Source: Planctomycetota bacterium (lineage in GTDB: Bacteria > Planctomycetota > PLA2 > JAEUHO01). Taken from it: DNA of 64,000 nucleotides. The translations under genes and the position numbers were made by a program. How positions within the stretch are numbered: position 1 is the stretch's first letter; each line of letters begins with the position of its first letter. The stretch lies in assembly GCA_965223505.1 (NCBI GenBank), contig CBDCWP010000042.1:64001-128000 (forward strand), written 5' to 3'. The notes beneath the pieces were generated by a model. The model ran no database searches, was not told where the DNA came from, and was given only the letters and a program-made list of their open reading frames with translations. This document shows positions 21,007 to 29,800 of this stretch, piece after piece.

Positions 21007-22092
21007 ATGCTGCGACCGCTCATCACCCTGGGTCTGGTTTTGTCGTGCGCCCCGGCGGCCTGGAGCAAGGCCTCCCATCCGGCCTTCGATCTCGGCGCGT
21101 GCACCCACCGCGCGACGCACGTCTTCGCTGCGAACAGCAATGCGAGGGGCGACCGGTTACGGGTCGTCGAGAGCTGGCAGGGTGACCTGGCGCCGGGTGA
21201 CGAGCTCGAGCTGACGGAGCTTCGCCCGCTGGAAGCGGCGCGCGGCAAGCGGGTCATCGCCTTCCTCGTGCGCGAGGGCGGCGTCTGGCGCCACGCGTCG
21301 GAGGGCTTCTACAAGGTGCCCGCGACGACGCCTGGACTCGTACGGACGAGCGTCGTCTGGATCGACGGCGGCGTGGTCAAGGGCCTGCAGTCGGGCGAGC
21401 GCGGCTCCGTCGTAGGCGTGGTTGCTCACTACGACGCGCGCACGAAGACGTTCACGCCGTACACGGAAGCGACGCTTCGCCGGGAATGGACGCGGCTACG
21501 GGGCTGGCGAACACGCTTCGAGCGGGCGAAGGCGCTCGCCGACCCGTCGAAGCGCGGGGAAGCGCTGTGCGAGCTCGTCACCACCTCGCCGTTGTCGCGC
21601 TACTGGTACGCCTCGTACCCCCTGATTCGCGATTGCGGCGAGGCCGCGTGGCCGCACGTGCAGACGGCGCTGGACACCCTCTTGAAAGACGGGCACCGCG
21701 GTTGGGGCTGGAAGTTCGTCGAGATCGTCGAGTCCGCCGCGCCGCCGGAGGCCAAGGACCGGCTTGCCGCGTTCCTTCACGACCGGCTGCGTGCGGAGCT
21801 TGCGTACTGGAAGAGGAGCGCGGCCAAGCTCGAGGCGCTACCCGACGGCGCGCTCTACGGCATCCAGCGGGCGTGGCGCGACGGCGAGACGCAGGGGGCG
21901 GTTGACGTCGAGATCGCCGTGCGTTACTTCGCGACGTTCCACCTCGTCGAAGCGCTGCGACGCACGGACGCATCGCGTGGGAAGGCGACGTTCGGCGCAC
22001 TCGAAGCGTTCTGGATGCGGCACCAGGACCTCCACAAGGGCTACGTCGACGAGGTCCGTGTGCTCGACGCGATCCGCCGTGCGTCGGTGTAG
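21007..22092 (+). CDS. Exported hypothetical protein
   Basis: Signal-peptide-like N-terminus, host-like codon usage; stop lies in the GTAG of the following REP. Confidence 0.7.
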   Translation: MLRPLITLGLVLSCAPAAWSKASHPAFDLGACTHRATHVFAANSNARGDRLRVVESWQGDLAPGDELELTELRPLEAARGKRVIAFLVREGGVWRHASEGFYKVPATTPGLVRTSVVWIDGGVVKGLQSGERGSVVGVVAHYDARTKTFTPYTEATLRREWTRLRGWRTRFERAKALADPSKRGEALCELVTTSPLSRYWYASYPLIRDCGEAAWPHVQTALDTLLKDGHRGWGWKFVEIVESAAPPEAKDRLAAFLHDRLRAELAYWKRSAAKLEALPDGALYGIQRAWRDGETQGAVDVEIAVRYFATFHLVEALRRTDASRGKATFGALEAFWMRHQDLHKGYVDEVRVLDAIRRASV

Positions 22093-22259
22093 GGGCGACC
22101 CTCGTGGTCGCCCAACCGTTCGTCGATCAGGTCCCGACACATCAACGGTCCGGGAGCGGGAGCGGGATGGATGTAGGGGCGACCCTCGTGGTCGCCCAAT
22201 CATTCGTCGATCAGGTCCCGACACACGCACGGTTGGGCAGCCACAAGGGCTGCCCCTAC
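22089..22259. repeat. REP cluster (BIME-like): two direct GTAG REPs and one inverted REP
   Basis: GTAGGGGCGACCCTCGTGGTCGCCC at 22089 and 22173, each followed by TTCGTCGATCAGGTCCCGACACA; GGGCAGCCACAAGGGCTGCCCCTAC at 22235. Confidence 0.92.
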
Positions 22260-25069
22260 TACCTCCGCACGTACTTGCCGCCGTTGGCTGCGGCCAGGCG
22301 CTCGAGCAGATCCGAGTCTCGGCCGATCGAGACGCAGTGGATCGCGATCCGCCGTGACTGGTTCAAGCGGCGCACGCCACGCAGGATGTCCGGGGTCGTC
22401 ACGAACTTCCCCGATCCCGGCGCGCCGTCGGACAGGACGAAGATCGTGTCGACGTCGTCCATGAGCAGCGCGAGCTCGACACCGTCGTAGAGATTCGTTC
22501 CGCCCGTCGGCTTCATGTCCAGCAGGTGCTTCTTCAAGATCCCACGGTTGCGGGACGACAGCTTCTGCAGCTTGTCCTTCCACGGGTGGATCGTGGTGTG
22601 GAACATCACCACGTTCACGCGCGCGCGGTCGTTGAGCTTGCCGATGGCGCCGAGCACCTCCCGGACGGCGACGTCGAGCTGATTGAGCCGCTCCTTCTCC
22701 TCGTCGTCGAGAGACGCCGCCGGCGAGCTCATCGAGCCGGACTGGTCGATGACGAACACGACGCGCTCCGTCTTCACCGGAATGCCGTAGAAGCCCGCAC
22801 CCGTGCCGCCGACGTCCGAGTCCACCCGCTCGGGAATCTCGACCGGCACCTCGAACGTCGCCTGGTTCTTGTTCCACCAGTCGCGCCAGATGCGCGGATT
22901 GTCGTACAGCGGCTGCCCGGTCAACCGGAACAGCGCGTCCGCGATCGCGTCGCGAATCCGCGGCACGTCTTCGTTCTCGAGCCGGTCGATGAGCGGCTCG
23001 ATGCCCGACTTGCAACGCAACGCCTCGATCGCTTGGATCGCCGCTAGGCGGACCTGCCACTCGTCGTGACGGAGACTCGGCGCGACCTTCTTGCACAGCT
23101 GTGTCTGGCCCGACGCCCGGGCGGCATCGAGCGCCAGGATGCGATCGATACGCCGCTTGGACGTGAGCAGCTTGAGCAAGAACGCGCGCGCCTTGTCGTC
23201 GCCCATGCCCACCCGTGCGAGCGCGCGAATGGCGGCCTGACGCGGGGCGTCCTTGACGGGATCCTTGCTCGCCTTCTTCTTCGCGAATTTCAGCAGCAGA
23301 GGGACCGCCGCCGGGTCGTCGTGATCGCCCAGGGCTTCGAGCTGCGCCGCGCGCGCGTCCGGGTCCTTTTCCTTCTTCGCGCGCTTGAGCAACGCCTTGG
23401 TCACGTCCCGGTGCGGGATCCCGGCCAGCACCTCCGCCGCGACGGCCCGCAACGCCGGCGACTTGGCGTCGACGGCCTTCACGATCGCGGCGACGCTCTT
23501 CGGCGCGCGAATGAACCGAAGCGCGTCCAGCGCGTTCGACCGGATCTCCTCGTCGAGCCCCTCGCGCTCCAACATGGCCAGCAGCGCTTCCACGCTCTTG
23601 GGATCGCCCTGCATGCCGAGAATCGTGACCACCTCCCGGGCCTCGAATCGCGTGAGCTCGGGATCCTCGGCGAGCCCGATCGCGACGTCGCGCGTCAAGG
23701 GGTGCCGCAGGTCGTGCAGGTCCTCCAGGACCTCCAGGCGCAACCGGCGGTCGTTTGAACGCGCGGCTTCCAGCATGAGCTCCATCGGCGGGCCGCCCTT
23801 CAGGTACCGCAGGCCGTATCCGTAGAGCGCTTCGCGAACGTCCTTGCGCGACTTGTACGCGTCGAGAATCGCCTTGCGGGACCCGTCGGTGCGCATCCCG
23901 GCGAGGTACATCGCGGCTGAGCGAACGGCCGTCGCCTCGCCCTTCGCCACGATCTTCTCGTAGACCCTCGCGCGATCCGGGTGCCCCATGCCTTGGAGCG
24001 CGTAGACGGCGGCGTTCTGGATGTTCGCGTCGCTCTGGCCGGCATAGCCCATGACGGCGCTGCCGCCGATCTTCAGGTAGCAGGCGTAACCCATGGCCTG
24101 GATCGCCTGCTGCCGGATGTACTTCTCGGCGTCCGCGTCCGCGATCCTCTTCAGCACACGAAACGCGTCGTCCGTGCCCACGCGGCCGATCTCCCGCACG
24201 GTGTCGTAGCGGTCCACGAACGACTTCGACGTCTTCTTCTCCTTCTCGAAGAGCTGCTTGAGCTCGGCCAGCGACTTGTCGGGTGGCGACGTCTTGCGAC
24301 CGCTCGACATGACGCCCCTGTTTTGCCACTTGCGCGGCTTCGCGTCGGGCACGGCCGCGGCTCGAACGAAGGTGAGCGTGCGACCCGAAGCGTCGGTTCG
24401 TTTCGCGATCCAGCCCTCGTCGCCGACGCGGAACGCGACATCGGGCTTGACCTGCTCGTCGTCGGCGCCGTACGTGTCGAACGTGCCGTTGCCGTTCAGG
24501 TCGACGAAGACCGTGTCGCGCGCGTGGTCGAAGCGAAGATCCGAGGTGTTGTCGCACAGCGCGACGAGGCGCAGACGGCCGCCCAGCACGGCACGACCGC
24601 GACGGTGCACGTTCGGACGCACCATCAGGGAGTCGATCGCGAGTTTCGGCCTGTACGTGAAGTGCAGCGAGACGGGCGTCGGCCGCTCGTCCCCCTCATA
24701 CGAGATCAAGACGGTCTGATCGCGTTCGTACTCGTTGCCCTCCTTGCGCATCCAGACGCGCTTCTCGTCGCGGAGCTGTCCGTCCATGTTGTGATCGACC
24801 CACAGCCGCGGCCCCTCCGGGCGCGCGTCCATGGCGATCAACAGCCCCCTGGTGCCGGCCATGACGATGCGGCTGTAGCGCGGCGTGCGAACGGCCGGAA
24901 GCGCGGCCAGGCCCTTGGGCGGGTCCGGTTTCAGCGGGACGCGGTTGGCGCCCAGCGAATCGATGCGGCCCGGCTCGAACGCCAGGTGCGCGACGATCGT
25001 CTCCACATCCTCGCCGTCGGCGCGCGCGGGCAGCGCGACGACGAGGCACGACAGGGCGAGGAGCAGCAT
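22259..25069 (-). CDS. Exported HEAT-repeat protein with C-terminal VWA domain
   Basis: Signal MLLLALSCLVVALPARA; many HEAT motifs; MIDAS residues DQSGS, GGTN, LSDG; ORF extension to 26410 is antisense shadow. Confidence 0.85.
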   Translation of the reverse strand: MLLLALSCLVVALPARADGEDVETIVAHLAFEPGRIDSLGANRVPLKPDPPKGLAALPAVRTPRYSRIVMAGTRGLLIAMDARPEGPRLWVDHNMDGQLRDEKRVWMRKEGNEYERDQTVLISYEGDERPTPVSLHFTYRPKLAIDSLMVRPNVHRRGRAVLGGRLRLVALCDNTSDLRFDHARDTVFVDLNGNGTFDTYGADDEQVKPDVAFRVGDEGWIAKRTDASGRTLTFVRAAAVPDAKPRKWQNRGVMSSGRKTSPPDKSLAELKQLFEKEKKTSKSFVDRYDTVREIGRVGTDDAFRVLKRIADADAEKYIRQQAIQAMGYACYLKIGGSAVMGYAGQSDANIQNAAVYALQGMGHPDRARVYEKIVAKGEATAVRSAAMYLAGMRTDGSRKAILDAYKSRKDVREALYGYGLRYLKGGPPMELMLEAARSNDRRLRLEVLEDLHDLRHPLTRDVAIGLAEDPELTRFEAREVVTILGMQGDPKSVEALLAMLEREGLDEEIRSNALDALRFIRAPKSVAAIVKAVDAKSPALRAVAAEVLAGIPHRDVTKALLKRAKKEKDPDARAAQLEALGDHDDPAAVPLLLKFAKKKASKDPVKDAPRQAAIRALARVGMGDDKARAFLLKLLTSKRRIDRILALDAARASGQTQLCKKVAPSLRHDEWQVRLAAIQAIEALRCKSGIEPLIDRLENEDVPRIRDAIADALFRLTGQPLYDNPRIWRDWWNKNQATFEVPVEIPERVDSDVGGTGAGFYGIPVKTERVVFVIDQSGSMSSPAASLDDEEKERLNQLDVAVREVLGAIGKLNDRARVNVVMFHTTIHPWKDKLQKLSSRNRGILKKHLLDMKPTGGTNLYDGVELALLMDDVDTIFVLSDGAPGSGKFVTTPDILRGVRRLNQSRRIAIHCVSIGRDSDLLERLAAANGGKYVRR

Positions 25070-25168
25070 CTGCTTCAAGGGCCCGGATTCTAGCCGTCGG
25101 AGCGCCGCGGCGCTGCACACGGGTCCCGTCGGACGGGTGGCGGAGAATCCGGAGCACCCGGAGGCTCC

Positions 25169-26866
25169 GTGCTCGCAACGCTGCTCTTTGAACCCGAGCC
25201 TCTCCTGGTCCTGGCGTTGGTCCTCGTCGTCGGCGTCGCCTCGGGCGCGATCGCGCGGCGTCTGGGCCTGCCCTCCGTCACGGGACAGATCCTCGCCGGC
25301 ATCTGCCTCGGCCCGATCTTCCACGTGTTCGAGCACGCGACGATCACGGGCTTCGCCCCCGTCATCGACTTCGCCCTGGGCCTCATGGCGGTCGCGGTCG
25401 GCAGCCACCTCCAGATCGCCCGGCTCAAGTCGGCGGCGCGCCGGCTCTCGCTGCTCATCCTGGCGGAGGCCCTTCTGACGCCGGCATTGGTGTTCGGGGG
25501 CGTCATGATCGTCGGCGGTGTGGAGTGGGATGCCGGATTGATCCTGGCGACGATCGCCGTCTCGACGGCGCCGGCCACGATCCTGGCGATCGTGAAAGAG
25601 ACGCGCTCGAAGGGGGTCTTCGTCAAGACGCTCGTCGCGGCGGTCGCGCTGAACAACATCGTGTGCATCGCGCTTTTCGAGTTTGCGCACACCGCGGCGC
25701 TGCAAGCCGTCGGCGGAACGAACGGCGTCTCGACCTGGGCGCTCTTGCTGGCGCCGCTCGAACAGCTTCTCTTCGCGGTCGTCCTGGGCAGCGGCGTCGC
25801 GATCCTGCTCGTCGTCGCGACGCGCCACGTGGTGCGCACCGATCAGATGACGACGCTCTCGTTCATCACCATCCTGCTGACGGCGGGACTCGCCGCGCAG
25901 CTGGGCGTCTCGTCGCTCTTGGCCTGTCTCGTCTTGGGCGTCGTCCTCGCCAACCTCACGCCGGACAAGGAAGAGATCGGTCACAGCGTCTTCGAGAGCT
26001 TCGAGACGGCGATCTTCGCGATCTTCTTCACGTTGGCCGGCATGGAGCTGAACTTCGACTACGCGCTGGAGGCCGGCGTGCTGGCGCTGGTCGTCGTCAG
26101 CATGCGCGGCGCCGGCAAGCTGCTGGCCGGACGATTCGCCATGGGCTTGGCCGACACGACCGACCGGGTGCGCAAGAACCTCGGGCTTGCGCTCCTTCCG
26201 CAGGCGGGCCTGGCGGTGGGCCTGATGCTGCTCGTCACGGAAGACACGCGCTTCCCGGAGGAGATGCGCGCGGTCATCCTCGCGACGGTGCTCACGGTCG
26301 TGACGATCAACGAGATCATCGGACCGGTCTGCACGCGCATCGCGCTCGCGCGCTCGGGCGACATCGGCCGCGACCGATCGCGCCTCATCGACTTCATCCA
26401 CGAAGAGCACATCGTGACGGACCTGGAGGCCGAAAGCGTCGAGGAGGCGCTCGAGAAGCTCACGGATGTGCTCGTGCGGACGAACGATCTGCAGGCGAAC
26501 CGCGACGCCATTCTCGCCTCGGCGCTCGAGCGGGAGTCACGCGGCTCGACGTGCCTCGGCGACGGCCTTGCGGTTCCGCATGCCGATCTCGAGGAAGGCG
26601 ACGAGATCGTGGGCGCGGTCGGCATCAGCAGCGAAGGACTTCACTTCGAAACGCCCGACGGCGCGCCTGTGCACTGCATGGTGCTGATCGCGACGCCGCC
26701 GTCCCAGCGCGACCACCGGCTGGAGGTCATCACGGCGTTTTCGCGCGCGATCTTCAGCGACCGCGGCATCGAGCAACAGCTCTACCACGCCCGGACGCCG
26801 GCGCACGCGTACGAGCTCCTTCATCACGAGGAGTCGGAGGACTTCAACCACTTCCTCGAAGACTGA
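25169..26866 (+). CDS. Cation:proton antiporter fused to a PTS EIIA (Fru/Ntr-type) domain
   Basis: LPSVTGQILAGICLGP, STAPAT, FFTLAG, LLPQAGLAVGL; C-terminal RESRGST..GLAVPHA. Confidence 0.9.
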   Translation: MLATLLFEPEPLLVLALVLVVGVASGAIARRLGLPSVTGQILAGICLGPIFHVFEHATITGFAPVIDFALGLMAVAVGSHLQIARLKSAARRLSLLILAEALLTPALVFGGVMIVGGVEWDAGLILATIAVSTAPATILAIVKETRSKGVFVKTLVAAVALNNIVCIALFEFAHTAALQAVGGTNGVSTWALLLAPLEQLLFAVVLGSGVAILLVVATRHVVRTDQMTTLSFITILLTAGLAAQLGVSSLLACLVLGVVLANLTPDKEEIGHSVFESFETAIFAIFFTLAGMELNFDYALEAGVLALVVVSMRGAGKLLAGRFAMGLADTTDRVRKNLGLALLPQAGLAVGLMLLVTEDTRFPEEMRAVILATVLTVVTINEIIGPVCTRIALARSGDIGRDRSRLIDFIHEEHIVTDLEAESVEEALEKLTDVLVRTNDLQANRDAILASALERESRGSTCLGDGLAVPHADLEEGDEIVGAVGISSEGLHFETPDGAPVHCMVLIATPPSQRDHRLEVITAFSRAIFSDRGIEQQLYHARTPAHAYELLHHEESEDFNHFLED

Positions 26867-26875
26867 TCTCGCGCG

Positions 26876-29800
26876 CTAGCGGAAGTACCAGGGCTGACAG
26901 AGGCCGGTTTGCTCACATGCGTAGCCGAGGCGCTGGATCAACGTCAGGGCCTTGTCGCGGATCGGATGCGAGACGATGCCGCTTTCGCACGTGCCGTAGG
27001 TCGACCAGGGACCACCGCAATCGGTACCTGTCAGGTTGGGATACGGCATCGGAACCGGCGACGGCGCCGCCGGGGTCACGCACGCACCGAGGCTCGTCGT
27101 CAGTCCCTGACCGATCGCCTGGTTGAGCAACGACTGTGACAACGCGTTGTCGTGCATCACATATGCGTCGATCGGCGTGGATGCGCCGGCGTACGGGCTG
27201 TCGTAGGCGTGGGTGGCGTACGAAGGGGTACTCCCTGGGCGGTGCGTCGGATCCACCACCAACGGTGCCATCTCGAACGGACTCATGTGTGCGTTCGTCA
27301 CGAACGCGTCGGACGACGTCGACGTGCCGCGCGTGGCGTTCATCAGGTTGCTGCCCGCGTCGTGCCGGGTCCCGCGGCCGACGTACAGGGCGGCCCCGAC
27401 ACTGCCTCCGATCTTGAGCTTGCCGTCCTCGTACCCGATGACCGAGTGGTTCAAAGGCCTTTCGCCCGCGAATGACTCGACCGTCGTCGACGCTTCGTCG
27501 CGGAGCTGGAGCTCGAATTCGAGGCGATTGTCGTGGCACGCGTAGAAGATGCCTTCCTCTTCCATGAGCCGGTTCACGAAGTTCAGGTCGCTCTCGTTGT
27601 ACCGCGCGTTGTAGACCCGGCCCGTGATCACCGGCCGATCGGGATCGCCTTCCACGAACATCGTCGCCAGCACCTCGCTCTCGCGCAGGATCAACCCCAG
27701 CCCCGCGCCCTGCGCGCCGTTCCCGGAGCCGGAGACGGCGTACGAGCTGACGCGCGCCTTCTCGAGCTTGATGGTGTAGCGCCCCATCGGATCGGCGGCG
27801 TTGATGGGGTCGTTGCCCGCGAAGGCGAGCGGGTTGCCGTCGGATGCGGCGTCGCCGTACTTCCCCAGGGGATCGCGACAGGCGAACTCCGCGTCTCGGG
27901 GGTCGCGGTACCGGGCGCGGTGGTGGTAGAGCGCGGTGAACGTGTCCCAGCGCCGGCCGTGCTGCAGGAACGGGTTTTCCAGCGGGCTGCCGGCGGTTGC
28001 GGCGAGCGTCGTCGCGTCGTGCACGGAGGGGAAGTCGAGCACGCCGTAGGCGTTGAACTCCACCGGCGCGCCTTGCTCGTTCACGAGGTGCGTGACGTTG
28101 CCCGACGGTCCGCGCAGATGGAAGAAGTAGGCGTCCGGCGTGATGTCCCTGCCGGAGTCGGCGAACATCGCGTGGATCGAGTCGGTGCCCTCGCCGTAGA
28201 CGAATTCCCGCGTCAAGGTCTCCGGCAACGCGGCGGTCGAGACGCGCTCCTCGACGACGTGTTCGCCGTCGTACACGTAGTGCTCCGTGCGCAGGCCCTT
28301 GCCGCCGCCGCTGAACTCCTTGGACACGCGCCGTCCGAGCGCGTCGTAGGTGTTGACGCCGACAACCGCGTTGGGGTTGACCGCGAGCCGAACGGCGCGT
28401 AGACGGCCGAACCCGTCCCACTGCAGCAAACGCACGGGGTCCTCCGAGCGCATGCCGCAGCCCGTGCCGCCGCCGTCAGCCTGATACGGCGCATCGGCGA
28501 TCGCGTGCAGCGGCGTGCGATTGATCGCCCGGTTGGTGGTCCCGCCCGCGCCCAAGTCCTCGAAGACATTCTTGATCGCCTGCGCGCCGTCATACGTGAC
28601 GTCGACGTTTCGTTGCGCGGCGCCGCCGAGGCTCGTGGTCTCCATCGCGTCTTCGGTCGTGAGCCGGCCACGCGAGTCGTAGCTCCAGGCGAACGCCCGC
28701 GACATCTGCGGACCTCCGGGTGTGACATAGGCGTACGCCGCCGTGGTCATCTGGTCCGTGCGATTGCGCGCCGAGATCTGTACGCCGCCGACGCCGGCGC
28801 CCGGCTGATCGATGTGCGCCACGCTCGCGATCAACAGCTTGCCGTCGAACGTCGCGGTCGTTCGGCTGCGTTGCGTCCCGCCGATGAGCCTCTCGACGCG
28901 CAGCACCTGCGCCGTCCCCAGTCGTCGCAGCAGGATCTCGAGACGGTTCGGGGTCGCGGCGGGTTCGACGATGCCGGTCAGCTGATTGTGATCGTCGTAC
29001 TCGTACCGCAGCACGCGTCCCTCGGGGAAGTGCAGCGTGCTGCGCCGATCCGCGTCGTAGCTCGTTCCGGTCGCGACGCCGTTTTGCACCTCCTCGACGC
29101 GGCGGGAGAGCGAGTCGTACAGGAAGCGCACCGTCGCGTCGTCGCCCGCGTCGCCGGGCTCGTTGTTGTCCGTGCAGACGATCTTGCGGGAGAGCCCGTC
29201 GTAGTCGTAGGTGAGCTCCGTCGAGCCGACGTAGAGCGGCAGCGTCCCGCCGGCGATGGTCCGCGTCGGGTCGGGCGCGACGGTGTGACTGCGCAGCCGG
29301 TCGAGAGCGTCGTACGTGAACGTGTGGACGGTGCCGTTTTCGTCCGTCGACGACGTGACGCGGTGGTCGCGGTCGAACGTCCAGGTGCACACGCCGCCGT
29401 CGGGGTTCGTGCGCGAAACGCGCCGGTCGATCGCGTCGTAGGCGTACTGCGTCGTGTTGCCGGCGTCGTCTGTGCGCTCGGCGACGCGCCCGTTGGGATC
29501 CCACTCGCTCAGGAGCCGAATCAGACCGTCGTTGTTGTGGCTGTTCGTAGTGTCGAGCGCGTTGGCGCCCTCGCCGCCGACGCGTAGCTCGCGCGTGACG
29601 AGCCACGGGCGATCCACCCCGTCGTAGTCCACGAACAGACCGTTGCCGTGGCCGTTGATCGGTCCCGGAAACAGCGCGAGCGGGTCGCTGATCAGCACCC
29701 CGCGCGCGTCGTACTGCGCGGTCAGGTTCCCGCGGCTGTCGTACTCGAAGCGCGTGGTCTGTCCCTTCGGATCCGTGACGCGGGTGACGCGGTTCAGGAC

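Noticed and set aside
22089..22259. Possible mini CRISPR array
   Set aside because: Only two direct copies, the intervening sequences are similar to each other, the third unit is inverted, there are no cas genes, and the GTAG-hairpin form is that of a REP.
25070..26410. N-terminal extension making a 1383-aa ORF
   Set aside because: Antisense shadow of the antiporter gene; the signal peptide starts at 25069.
27449..27778. vgrG or hcp pseudogene remnant
   Set aside because: The fragments are in frame within an intact ORF, non-colinear and from different genes, so decay of one gene does not explain them.
26876..27781. Diversity-generating retroelement target
   Set aside because: No reverse transcriptase and no TR/VR repeat pair were seen in the window.
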